Of a stretch of 64,000 nt of DNA, positions 53,375-62,958 are shown piece by piece. The stretch lies in IMG/VR virus record IMGVR_UViG_3300028610_000968; one strand, given 5' to 3'. The notes under the pieces were generated by a model. It was not told the origin of the DNA and did no database searches. It was given only the letters and a program-made list of their open reading frames with translations. Origin of the DNA: a virus. Its lineage: Duplodnaviria; Heunggongvirae; Uroviricota; Caudoviricetes. Each line of letters begins with the position of its first letter. The stretch's first letter is position 1. The translations under genes were made by a program, and so were the position numbers.

Positions 53375-54973
53375 TTATATTCCTCGGCTCTCTGGTAGCC
53401 AAAATCCAGACGGTAACTCTGATACTTTCGCATATTCACTTTCCAATCTTTCCCCCACTATTACATTAGCTCCAAAATTAGCTAACAACAATGAGGAATA
53501 CCTATCTTTTTTTAATGTGCCAGGAGCATAAAACTTCAAGTACCCGTGTTGTGTTGGGTCTGTCTGTATAGTCTCCAACTCATTACGCAGCGCACTTATC
53601 TCTGTTAGAGCGACTTCAGCTGCTTCATTGTATTCTTTAGGCTTTAAAGTTGGTTGTGATGGGAATTTTAGTAGCTTATCCTCGAAGTTCTTCTTCAATG
53701 AAAAGTTCATTTCATTCACACTAGGAGAACCAAATGCTACTAAATGTATATGTCTTCTTCCATTCCATCCCTCTGTGTCTTTATCATCGACTACTAAATA
53801 GGGCATTTTCTTTCTTAACTTCCCATCCTGTCCTCTTGACAACCGTTCCGTCCTTAAAAGGTCTCTGATTGCCAATCCTCCTCCACCAGCGTCTAAATTT
53901 ATATTGGTGAAATCGTATATATTATCTAACTCATCTATTCTATTAACCATTTCTGGGAATGAGATATTTTCATAAGCACAACAATTAGCTACTTGCATTT
54001 CATGTGGCCCAACCTCAACAACTGTCATAGCAAACCTATCATCTTGTCTAGCTGGGTCAACTCCCAGAACATACAGACACCCTTCTCTCGGGGTCAATAC
54101 AGGGACTATACCTTTTTCTGTACAACTATGAAGTAATGATGAGGGGTAAAATCCTTTTGAATCTGTTGGAAACTTTGCAAGAATCTCCATATCAAACTGT
54201 TCTTCAGTGAAGTTCTTTCTATAGTACTCCACCATCTTCATGTCCGCGAATCCTTCCGGGGCATCTAAATAGTTGTACCTTTGAAGACTATAATCGGGGT
54301 CTCCTTCTAATACTAATTCTCTCCAAGAAAGGAACTTGGCATAAAGATGATTAAATTGGTAATAAGCAGAAGAAGCGAATATTACAGAATTTTCCATGTC
54401 GTCTTCTAAATCACCGAAATATTTTGCTGTTGGGTTTCTCACTGTGGCCGCGAAAGGCAATATAACACTATTGATGATTGTATCAGAAACTTTCGCCGTT
54501 TCATCCACTAGGATTAAAGTGGCACGAAGTCCTCTAAGTGTACTACCGTCTGCACCTAATGGTATAGCTTTCACCCAAGAATCATTATTAAAATACATAC
54601 TAAATCCATTTGCATGATGCAAAGGTGGTTTTGATAAACTTTGTTGGAAGAATGCACTGTGCCTCAGAATCTTTTCCATCTCAGCGAATATAAGCTGACT
54701 TTGGCGGAAACTAGGCCCAACTATCACGACCTTTTCCTCTGGAAACAACATGGCTCTCAAAATGCCCATAACGGCCAACATATAAGTTTTCCCCATACCT
54801 CGTCCAAGTATCCAACAAACAAATTTTGTGTCCCAAGCTTCTTTGACCATTATTCTCTGGTGTGGGACAAGTTTGACTCCCAACAACTTGTACGCAGCCT
54901 CAACAGGGTGCTCTCTGAGAAATTCAATATATTCTTTTAGTAAGGCATCTTGTTTTTTATCTTTAACTACCAT
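53375..54973 (-). CDS. terL: Terminase large subunit
   Basis: GRGMGKT Walker A, ILVDE Walker B, GVDPA and KDRYS nuclease motifs. Confidence 0.92.
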   Translation of the reverse strand: MVVKDKKQDALLKEYIEFLREHPVEAAYKLLGVKLVPHQRIMVKEAWDTKFVCWILGRGMGKTYMLAVMGILRAMLFPEEKVVIVGPSFRQSQLIFAEMEKILRHSAFFQQSLSKPPLHHANGFSMYFNNDSWVKAIPLGADGSTLRGLRATLILVDETAKVSDTIINSVILPFAATVRNPTAKYFGDLEDDMENSVIFASSAYYQFNHLYAKFLSWRELVLEGDPDYSLQRYNYLDAPEGFADMKMVEYYRKNFTEEQFDMEILAKFPTDSKGFYPSSLLHSCTEKGIVPVLTPREGCLYVLGVDPARQDDRFAMTVVEVGPHEMQVANCCAYENISFPEMVNRIDELDNIYDFTNINLDAGGGGLAIRDLLRTERLSRGQDGKLRKKMPYLVVDDKDTEGWNGRRHIHLVAFGSPSVNEMNFSLKKNFEDKLLKFPSQPTLKPKEYNEAAEVALTEISALRNELETIQTDPTQHGYLKFYAPGTLKKDRYSSLLLANFGANVIVGERLESEYAKVSELPSGFWLPESRGI

Positions 54974-54978
54974 AAAAT

Positions 54979-55758
54979 CTACTCGTACTTAACTTCTTTC
55001 ATAGCCGCCTGTGCGTCTATGCCTGTGTTAATATCTTCTTCCTCTATACTTAATAAATTCCTTTTAGAAAGTGCTTCTTCTTCTTTAATAAACTCTTCTT
55101 TTTCAGAAAATATCTTTTCTTTCCTGCGCTCATTATCAAAATCTTTAACTAAATCAGCTATGTTGACTGTAGTATCTACTGTCTTTGTTTTTAGTCTTTC
55201 TTTTCTTGAAGCTCCCAAAGATTCCAATGCTTCTTTGTGCCTTCTAGCACATTGACTTATTTGCTCAGAAAAATTCTTCTCAGGACTATCTAATTGATAA
55301 CCATATAGTCTTCCTTGAACTATCTCCTCAGTTATTATTCTGTTGAGTAATCCCCAGTCCGAAGAATTGTTAAACTCAAAATCTCTTTTAAAATCTGCCA
55401 TCCTAGTCACATAGTACTCTTTTTCTAGGTCTGTTAATCTATTAAATACTTCAAGTGTTCTAAGATTATGCTCTCCTGTTTCATCAAAGCTATCTTCTTC
55501 TGGAGCTTGCACTCTTAAATTTGCAAGGGATTTCATCTTTCCCTCAACTGAGTTCGGGCCTGTGAGATTAGCTTCACTTTTTTTCATAGCCTCTTCAGTA
55601 TTAAAATGGCTATTCTTAAATTTATCCTCTTGTGTCTTTACGGCAACATCTCTGATGTGCTCTAAAGTTAGAGGTCTTTTCTTAGTGTTTCCTATAGTAT
55701 TAGTCTTTGCTTGAGACTCTCTTTTTGTCCTCACTATTTTCTTTTTTGTCATCAACAC
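54979..55758 (-). CDS. Putative terminase small subunit
   Basis: Immediately upstream of TerL; TGP.S.EGK..S.AN motif, coiled-coil C-terminus. Confidence 0.5.
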   Translation of the reverse strand: MLMTKKKIVRTKRESQAKTNTIGNTKKRPLTLEHIRDVAVKTQEDKFKNSHFNTEEAMKKSEANLTGPNSVEGKMKSLANLRVQAPEEDSFDETGEHNLRTLEVFNRLTDLEKEYYVTRMADFKRDFEFNNSSDWGLLNRIITEEIVQGRLYGYQLDSPEKNFSEQISQCARRHKEALESLGASRKERLKTKTVDTTVNIADLVKDFDNERRKEKIFSEKEEFIKEEEALSKRNLLSIEEEDINTGIDAQAAMKEVKYE

Positions 55759-57040
55759 TCAACCTTACTTTATCATTCTTAATATCAAACTTAAACGTTC
55801 TGCTATCATTTCCATGTGCAACAATTTCTTCAGCAACTCTATTTTCTATTATTTTGCCAAACCTACGTTTAAGTTCTCTAGCTCCATACTCCCGTGAATA
55901 AGAATCTTTAACTATAAATTCCTTCGCCTTTTTAGATATTTTAATCTTTATCCCAGAATTTGATAAACGTGTGTTCAATTGTTTAAGATATAAATTAATA
56001 ATTAATTTAAAATCTAACTCTGATAAAATATCAAAAACGAACAACTTATCAATTCTATTGAAAAACTCTGGTGATAAAGTACGTTTAATGGATTCTTCCA
56101 TATCTTCACCAACAGAATTTTCTTGTTCAATAAATCCTACTTTAACTTTATTCGGATTCCTGTTACCAATGTTAGTAGTGAAAAAGAAAATTACTTTTCT
56201 GCAATCAATCTTTTCCCCAGTCTTATCAAAGAAACAACCATCATCGGCTATTTGTAAAAATATATTTAATATATCAAAATGAGCTTTTTCAATCTCATCA
56301 AATAAAACTACACATTCTCCAACTTCACTTATAGTGTCTGCAAAGCTATTCTTCTCGTCATGACCTATATAACCAGGAGGAGCACCAATCAATTTACTAA
56401 CTTCATGACGACTAGAGAACTCAGAACCATTCAACTTAATGAAGTGGTTCTTCCACTCTTTCCCCCACACAGCTTTTGTAAACTCCTTAGTAAGTAAAGT
56501 TTTTCCACAACCAGAAGTTCCTCCAAACATATACATACCCAAAGGTCTTTCTGGTTCAGCTATCCCCACAGAAGCACACTTCAAAGAAGTCATAAGTTCA
56601 TCTACCACACTATTGTGTCCTATCACTTCTTCTTTGAGTTTATTAGCCACGTAATCAAAATTAATTTTATGTATAGCATCAATTTTTTTCTTCTCTGGTA
56701 AAGTCTTTTCTTTTTTAAAGCTTTGTGAAGTGGCTTTTCTTTTGCCACCTCTAGCTCTCTTTGTATTAGGTGAAAAATTTAAAATGCTAGGATTAATCTG
56801 AACAGATAAATTAAACAGTTCTTCTAAAACAACTGACCAGTCAATCCCTTGTGTCAAAGACAACTCAGCTATCTCACTGTAATTAACGCATATTGTACAA
56901 ACAACCGTATCTTTAAAATCTTCTTCATTCTTAATCTGAGCTATGGTGAATGTTTGTTCTAGTTCCTCAACATCAAAAACTTCCAGCACAGCTTTACAAT
57001 CAATTGTTTCTAAATATGCTTCTACTTCTTCTTTAATCAT
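55700..57040 (-). CDS. ClpA/B/C-type AAA+ ATPase, D2 module only
   Basis: GTSGCGKT, LIGAPPGYIG, LFDEIEKAH, FFFTTN, VGF loop, PEFFNRID, YGARELKR. Confidence 0.88.
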   Translation of the reverse strand: MIKEEVEAYLETIDCKAVLEVFDVEELEQTFTIAQIKNEEDFKDTVVCTICVNYSEIAELSLTQGIDWSVVLEELFNLSVQINPSILNFSPNTKRARGGKRKATSQSFKKEKTLPEKKKIDAIHKINFDYVANKLKEEVIGHNSVVDELMTSLKCASVGIAEPERPLGMYMFGGTSGCGKTLLTKEFTKAVWGKEWKNHFIKLNGSEFSSRHEVSKLIGAPPGYIGHDEKNSFADTISEVGECVVLFDEIEKAHFDILNIFLQIADDGCFFDKTGEKIDCRKVIFFFTTNIGNRNPNKVKVGFIEQENSVGEDMEESIKRTLSPEFFNRIDKLFVFDILSELDFKLIINLYLKQLNTRLSNSGIKIKISKKAKEFIVKDSYSREYGARELKRRFGKIIENRVAEEIVAHGNDSRTFKFDIKNDKVRLSVDDKKENSEDKKRVSSKD

Positions 57041-58292
57041 TTACACTCAACTCGCTCACTTCATGTATCAAAGTTTTAAACTCAGGTAATATTTTTTCCC
57101 AAGTATAATTTTCTGCGAACTCTCTAGCTTTTCTTCCTAGTTCTATATTTTTCTCTTTATTATTATGAATCTCCAACATAGCCTCTACAATTCCTTCTAC
57201 AGAGATTAGTGGTCTTTTCATACAATATGGTCTACTATAAATATAATCTGATGGTTTTATTAAATAACCATGTCCTTTTACTAGTTCTGGTATTGAAGAA
57301 TAATCTACTCCAATGGTAGGTGTGTTACATGCCGCTGATTCCAAAATTGGCAATCCAAATCCTTCACAGGAAGACGGTAGCAAATGGGCATCAGCGATGT
57401 TGTAAGCCGTCCTAACGCCAGACAAAGGACTTCCTTTACCATTGATTACCCCCTTACCAAATATAACATTTCTGACGTTGAGAGTTTTAACAACTTGGTC
57501 TAAAAAATATCCTTCTTTTGAATCTCTTACCGGAGTGTGCATGTACATGGTTGTTTTTGCTGGGCCTACCTCTTCGGAAAATAAAGCAAATGCCTCTAAC
57601 CCCCTAGGATTTTGTTTCCTTTCGGAGTTTGTACACACTGTTGAAAATATTGTTTCAATGTGGTCTAATCCATTTTTACATTTTATATGGAGCTTATCTA
57701 CTGGGTAAAACTCAGCTTTGTCGTACCCATGATAAATAGTAACTGGTTCATTCTTAAAATTACAAACTTCTCTTGCTTTAGTCTCTCCATACTTTGACAT
57801 AAATACAACTTTGTCTGGAGCTTCAAGTACAGTTTGCCAACCAAACTCCATTCCATTCTGATGTACTGAAGGTATTGGGTGACTATCAATAGGTACATAA
57901 GCAATCCATTTGGCATCCCCTATAGCCTTGTTGTTCACTAGCCAATCTACCGCATAACAATCTCCTAAAGAAAAAATTATGTCTGGTTTAAACATTTTAC
58001 ATACGTCTGGAAAAACATCAGATCCAAAATAATTTCCATTTGGATACCTTATTGGATATACTGGGAATGGTGCTTGTACAGGTGGAAATCCTGTGTAAGC
58101 CCAAGCTTGTTGGGCCACCTCATATCCTTGTTCGTGAAAATAGTATAATAACTTTCGTATCACATTTGCAAATCCACTATTAAATGTAATACTATCTGTG
58201 ATAAATAGTATCCTTGGTTTCAATATAAAACAATCCTTTCCTTTCCGTTCAATAAATCTAGGTAAAACTTTCCCTCTACTATATATATACAA
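57033..58292 (-). CDS. Glycosyltransferase family 4 (start may be ~23 codons downstream)
   Basis: RKQNP, EGFGLPILESAAC..P.I, YTWE. Confidence 0.88.
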   Translation of the reverse strand: MYIYSRGKVLPRFIERKGKDCFILKPRILFITDSITFNSGFANVIRKLLYYFHEQGYEVAQQAWAYTGFPPVQAPFPVYPIRYPNGNYFGSDVFPDVCKMFKPDIIFSLGDCYAVDWLVNNKAIGDAKWIAYVPIDSHPIPSVHQNGMEFGWQTVLEAPDKVVFMSKYGETKAREVCNFKNEPVTIYHGYDKAEFYPVDKLHIKCKNGLDHIETIFSTVCTNSERKQNPRGLEAFALFSEEVGPAKTTMYMHTPVRDSKEGYFLDQVVKTLNVRNVIFGKGVINGKGSPLSGVRTAYNIADAHLLPSSCEGFGLPILESAACNTPTIGVDYSSIPELVKGHGYLIKPSDYIYSRPYCMKRPLISVEGIVEAMLEIHNNKEKNIELGRKAREFAENYTWEKILPEFKTLIHEVSELSVND

Positions 58293-58515
58293 GATAGATT
58301 TGGTTTCGGCGGAAAAAAGTTAAAAAAAGTTAGAAAATATTCTAAATAAGCAGGTTGTGTTTCTAAAGAAATGTTGCCAATTCTTTCTGAAGGTTTAAAA
58401 GCTTGATTGTTCTCTCGCCCCTAATAAATATTATTATAAATAAATATTATTATTAATAAATCCCAAAGTAAAAAAGTTCTACTTCTTATATACAAGATAG
58501 ATTTGGTTTCGGCGG
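58284..58515. repeat. 29-bp perfect direct repeat (58284-58312 and 58487-58515) flanking an AT-rich tract
   Basis: TATATACAAGATAGATTTGGTTTCGGCGG twice. Confidence 0.9.
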
Positions 58516-58573
58516 GAAATAATTGTAAACTTATTGTTAACAGCTTGCTTGTTAAAAGTTTATAAATTAATGC

Positions 58574-58602
58574 TTGACAAACATTACAGTTTGTGTTAAT
58601 AT
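58574..58602 (+). promoter_or_regulatory. Sigma70-type promoter for the plus-strand operon
   Basis: TTGACA-17 nt-TAATAT with extended -10 TG. Confidence 0.6.
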
Positions 58603-58706
58603 ACAAATTAAGAAAAATTCACCGTTCAATTTCTTAAACCCCCCCTCTTTGGACACATTCTATATAGATAAGATGTCCGAAAATTCAAAAAAAGGAAAGA
58701 TGTATT

Positions 58707-58853
58707 ATGTTCTGTTCCCGATGTGGAAACTCAACCGAGGATGGAGAACTCTGTTCAACTTGTCAACAAGACTTACTTCATGAGGCAGACAAAGCTATGC
58801 TTAATGATGAAGAAAGAACTATGCTGGAAGAGATGTTATTCTATCAATGCTAA
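58707..58853 (+). CDS. Small Zn-ribbon protein (48 aa)
   Basis: Manual: MFCSRCGNSTEDGELCSTCQQ...; overlaps the start of the next gene. Confidence 0.55.
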   Translation: MFCSRCGNSTEDGELCSTCQQDLLHEADKAMLNDEERTMLEEMLFYQC

Positions 58854-59728
58854 AAATTTCAGTAATAATACCAGTAATAGGAGAACACGATTTAACTGAG
58901 AAGTGTATTGACCACTTATTCCAACACTCAATCAACGCACCAGACTTTAATATACTGATTATTGACAATGGTTCAGAAGTACCTGTTGTGGAAGCTTTGG
59001 CAGGGCCACTTGCACTCCCAAATGTATTTGTACTTAGGAATGAGGAAAATGTTGGGCTATACCCAGCATTGGAGCAAGGTTACAACTATTTCAAAGACAC
59101 AGATATTTATTTCTTTACTCATAATGATTTGTTCGTACAAGAGTTAGGCTGGGATAATATAATTAGACGAGCCTACAAAAATTACCCAAACTTAGGTGTA
59201 TCTGGGCTTGTGGGTGCTGTCGGAATTGGTACTGATGGTGGACGCATCCAGACTATGTGTAATTTCTTAGGTCTTGAGTTGGGAGCCCCGTACTATGAGC
59301 ACGGGCAATTACCGCCCGTAGAAGTAGTCCCAGCATGTATTATGGACGGCGCTTCATTGATAATTAGAAAAGAAGCTCTGGACGAAATAAAGTGGGATGA
59401 CTTGATTGAAGTCCACCATTTTTATGATAAAATCTTGAGTTTAGATATTCTCTATGCTGGTTGGGACAACGCTGTACTGAGAATTGGCTGTGACCACGCT
59501 GGAGGATTAACGTCTTGTAGGCCAGCTTATCTTGAGTGGGCTAAAAAGCACATTAAAGAAGTTTATGGTGAAGACGTAGAAAATGGAGATAAATTCATAT
59601 ACGAAAAGTCAGAACAAAGACTATTCGGCAAATACGGAGACAAGTTCCCTGTGGTTGTTAGGCCAGATTGGTCAAGAACAGACGCAAAAGGAGTTGTCCC
59701 GAGAAATGAGGAAAGAACAAATGAGTGA
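58847..59728 (+). CDS. Glycosyltransferase family 2
   Basis: ISVIIPV, IIDNGS, N.G...A..QG, HND. Confidence 0.85.
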   Translation: MLKISVIIPVIGEHDLTEKCIDHLFQHSINAPDFNILIIDNGSEVPVVEALAGPLALPNVFVLRNEENVGLYPALEQGYNYFKDTDIYFFTHNDLFVQELGWDNIIRRAYKNYPNLGVSGLVGAVGIGTDGGRIQTMCNFLGLELGAPYYEHGQLPPVEVVPACIMDGASLIIRKEALDEIKWDDLIEVHHFYDKILSLDILYAGWDNAVLRIGCDHAGGLTSCRPAYLEWAKKHIKEVYGEDVENGDKFIYEKSEQRLFGKYGDKFPVVVRPDWSRTDAKGVVPRNEERTNE

Positions 59729-59975
59729 AACTGAACCAACACCAGTAAGTATTAAACTGAAGTTACCTAATTCTGAACAACGATTAAAAACAATTAATAC
59801 TTTGGCAGAAGCAATTAATACTTTATCCAAAGCATTGAATGATCAACCTCATGTTTTTATTAATGATAATGTTATCTATGGTGCGCCAAACACTACAGCT
59901 ATTGAAATATCAAGCAAAGTGGAACCAATTATAAAAAATATAACTATTCCCCTGAGTGAAGAGGAGATTAATTAA
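59721..59975 (+). CDS. Hypothetical protein
   Basis: MSETEPTP...; GAGG RBS, overlaps the upstream stop. Confidence 0.5.
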   Translation: MSETEPTPVSIKLKLPNSEQRLKTINTLAEAINTLSKALNDQPHVFINDNVIYGAPNTTAIEISSKVEPIIKNITIPLSEEEIN

Positions 59976-60638
59976 TTGGATAAAATAAGAGTAATTATAC
60001 CAACTTTGGAGCGCCCAGGTTGGGAGGCTTCAAAAGATAGTCTAAAGCATCTACCCTTTGATTATGATTTAAAAGTAATCACAGGCAGAATGACTTGGCC
60101 AGAGGCTATAAATAAAGGATTAGAGGGTCATGATTCTGATGTACTTATCATGGATGATGATGCTGCTCTAACAGCTGAGACATTTGATAACTTCGGTAGG
60201 TATTACCCACATGGAGACATTTTTGGATTCAAACTATTAAAAGAGGACGGTAGTTTGCAACATGGTGGCGGAGTAATGACCGCTAGAACCTCGATTATAC
60301 ATTTACCAGAAGGAGAGAACGTGGCACTTTATTGTTGTCATGTAACTGCCTCGGTGATGTACATTAAAAAACAAGTATTGAAAAAACTAGGTGGTATAAC
60401 AGAAGATTGGCCTTCATACCAATTTGAAGATGTTGACTTTAACTGGAGAGCTTTAGAAGAGGGATTCAGAATAATGTACATTCCAAATGTAGCTTACCAC
60501 GGAGAGAGTTTAACTAAAAGAGACCTTGATGATTTTGAAATGGGTTCAAACGCAGAGAAGTTAAGTGACAGATTTTTGAAAGACAACACCTTTGTTAATT
60601 ACCTCAATTCATTCCCTAGGAAAGTGTTTTTTAGTTAA
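59976..60638 (+). CDS. Glycosyltransferase family 2
   Basis: VIIPT, AINKG, MDDD (DxD), FEDVDFNWRA..GFRI.Y.P. Confidence 0.85.
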   Translation: MDKIRVIIPTLERPGWEASKDSLKHLPFDYDLKVITGRMTWPEAINKGLEGHDSDVLIMDDDAALTAETFDNFGRYYPHGDIFGFKLLKEDGSLQHGGGVMTARTSIIHLPEGENVALYCCHVTASVMYIKKQVLKKLGGITEDWPSYQFEDVDFNWRALEEGFRIMYIPNVAYHGESLTKRDLDDFEMGSNAEKLSDRFLKDNTFVNYLNSFPRKVFFS

Positions 60639-60871
60639 TGATATTAGCTTGTAACGGATGTGGAAACCCATTAAATGTCCTAATGGATGAAAACGAAAAA
60701 ACTCATAATGGATTCAGTGAATATGACTTATATCTTTGTTGTACCAACTGTAAAACAAAAAAAAGAATGGAAGATGGTCGTGGGCATCCTTTAACAGCAG
60801 CACAGAAAGATGAAGTAAAGCCATATGTGGAAGACGGAACATATGAGGGGTTTGGAGGAAAAACTAATTGA
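60638..60871 (+). CDS. Hypothetical Zn-ribbon protein
   Basis: CNGC...CTNC. Confidence 0.5.
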   Translation: MILACNGCGNPLNVLMDENEKTHNGFSEYDLYLCCTNCKTKKRMEDGRGHPLTAAQKDEVKPYVEDGTYEGFGGKTN

Positions 60872-61911
60872 AAATAGATAGATTCAACCCATATAAAATA
60901 CTCAAATACCCTTTGAAACTAGATTTATTAGCCAGAGGTGGTTTGTCTGCTCCATTGATTTGGCATATTTATCCAACCAATGCGTGTACAAATGATTGTA
61001 ATTTTTGTATTATGAAAGATGATAGAAGTGAAAACAAAAGTGCTGTATTATCAGCAGATATTTTTGATTATATAATTGGCCAAGCTCGGGAATGTAATTC
61101 AAAAACAATACATTTCTCTGGCGGTGGCGAACCACTTTTAAATCCCGAAACATTGAACATGATAATAAAAGCGAAAAAGTACAAGCTGAAAGTAGCATTG
61201 TCTACAAATTTAAATGTATCTTTGGATAATGGAGGTATTAAAACTATAGCAGAAAATGTTGATTATTTAAGAGTTTCTATCAATGCTGGCACAGAAGATA
61301 CTTATAATTTAATAATGAAACCAAAAATGGGTGGCTTCAATAGAGTATTAGAAAACATAGACAGAATAAACAATTTTATGACAGAAATCCCCGGTGATTT
61401 AGGTCTAGCTATGGTATTAACTCATGAAAATGCGTTTGAGATACTAAATTTTTGTAGTTTGGCAGAAAAGAAACATGCTGATTTTGTACACATAAGACCA
61501 GCATATTGGCCAGAGAAAGATAAAGAAATCTATGAGACTGTAAAAAATACTCTACAAGTATATAGTGAGGATGATATAAAGAAAGCATTCTCGAACCTAG
61601 ATGTTAACATTAGGTTAGATAAGTTTGCAGGGCATTGGACTCCAGATAGAGGCTATTTAAAGTGTAGGGCAACACCACTACTGGCTTGCGTCAAAGCTAC
61701 TGGTGATTTGATTGTTTGTCAAGATAGAATGGACTTAACATTTGGCAACTTGAATGAAAGATTCTTTGATGAAATTTGGAAAAGTAAAGAACACTTAGAA
61801 GCTATAGAAAGTATAGACTTAGAAAAATGCCCTAGATGCGTAGAAGGGCCAAAAAACCAGATAATAGAATCATGCTTTGTAAGAGACGATTGGAGAGGAG
61901 ATTTATTCTAA
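60868..61911 (+). CDS. Radical SAM enzyme with C-terminal SPASM/twitch domain
   Basis: CTNDCNFC, SGGGEP, RVSINA, C...GDLIVC...GNL...C..C. Confidence 0.9.
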   Translation: MKIDRFNPYKILKYPLKLDLLARGGLSAPLIWHIYPTNACTNDCNFCIMKDDRSENKSAVLSADIFDYIIGQARECNSKTIHFSGGGEPLLNPETLNMIIKAKKYKLKVALSTNLNVSLDNGGIKTIAENVDYLRVSINAGTEDTYNLIMKPKMGGFNRVLENIDRINNFMTEIPGDLGLAMVLTHENAFEILNFCSLAEKKHADFVHIRPAYWPEKDKEIYETVKNTLQVYSEDDIKKAFSNLDVNIRLDKFAGHWTPDRGYLKCRATPLLACVKATGDLIVCQDRMDLTFGNLNERFFDEIWKSKEHLEAIESIDLEKCPRCVEGPKNQIIESCFVRDDWRGDLF

Positions 61912-62192
61912 TGTGGCCTTGGAAAAAGAAAGTTCAAAAACACGAACAAGAGCGACACACCACCGTTTGGGAGGGTGGAGAACGTGCAGACAAACAACAG
62001 AAGATTTTTGATATGCAACGAAAAAATGTTTTTTGTCCAATAACCAAATCAAATTGTAGGACAGACTGTGAGTATTATGAAGCATCATCAACATCTATTA
62101 ATACACGAACAAGTACAATTTACGGTACTGATATAGAACATAGAAAAACATTTGAATATGTAGCACACCCAGGAGAGTGCAGAAAGGAATGA
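61911..62192 (+). CDS. Hypothetical protein
   Basis: FCPI.K.NC..DC motif. Confidence 0.5.
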   Translation: MWPWKKKVQKHEQERHTTVWEGGERADKQQKIFDMQRKNVFCPITKSNCRTDCEYYEASSTSINTRTSTIYGTDIEHRKTFEYVAHPGECRKE

Positions 62193-62196
62193 TTAT

Positions 62197-62958
62197 ATGA
62201 AAAAAATGATATACGTAGGTGCGCCGGTATTAAACTGTGTTAAATTTACTAAAGACTATTTAAAAAGTATACGTTCAGATAAATATGACTTATATGTTAA
62301 TATTATTGACAATGCTTCAATTGATGGAACAAAAGATTATTTAAAACAACAGATGACAACAGGTTCAGATATGCACGAATCAGTAAAACATTTACACGTT
62401 GTTACTAATGAAGAACCTAATTGTTGTGCTGGAAGTTGGAATCAAATAATAGAGAATTCTATGGTCAAACTAGGGGGAGAATATTGTCTTGTGACAAACA
62501 ATGATATTATTCTTCATCCAAAAACTATAGATAATCTAGTTGATTTTTTAGAAGCTTCAGAAGAAGATATAGTTCTTGCGTCAGCTTTGAATGTCAGAGG
62601 TGCATTAGAGAAACCGTGGGATATTCTAAACTACGAACTTGATATGGAAACACCTCATTCTGAACATCCAGATTTTGCTTGCTACATGATTAACAAAAAA
62701 TGTGTTAATGTGGTGGGACTATTTAATGAGCAGTTTAAGCCTGCTTATTTTGAAGACAACAACTACCATGACAGAATACTATTTCGTCACTTAAGAGCTG
62801 TCTCAACACCATCAGCACCATATTACCATTATGGTTCTGTGACTCAAAATCAAGTAGAAAATGGTTTAGTAAAAGGAGAAACTTTTGAAAAGAATAGGGC
62901 AATGTACAACGATATAAAAATGCACTTAGAAGAATTACATGGAGGTAAATTAACTTAA
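62197..62958 (+). CDS. Glycosyltransferase family 2
   Basis: IIDNASIDGT, WNQ, VTNND, GLFNE.F.PAYFED. Confidence 0.85.
   Translation: MKKMIYVGAPVLNCVKFTKDYLKSIRSDKYDLYVNIIDNASIDGTKDYLKQQMTTGSDMHESVKHLHVVTNEEPNCCAGSWNQIIENSMVKLGGEYCLVTNNDIILHPKTIDNLVDFLEASEEDIVLASALNVRGALEKPWDILNYELDMETPHSEHPDFACYMINKKCVNVVGLFNEQFKPAYFEDNNYHDRILFRHLRAVSTPSAPYYHYGSVTQNQVENGLVKGETFEKNRAMYNDIKMHLEELHGGKLT

Noticed and set aside
717-57708. Plus-strand ORFs in the track between 1 and 58.3 kb, and minus-strand ORFs after 61 kb
   Set aside because: They are antisense shadows of well-supported genes or tRNAs, with no recognisable motifs.
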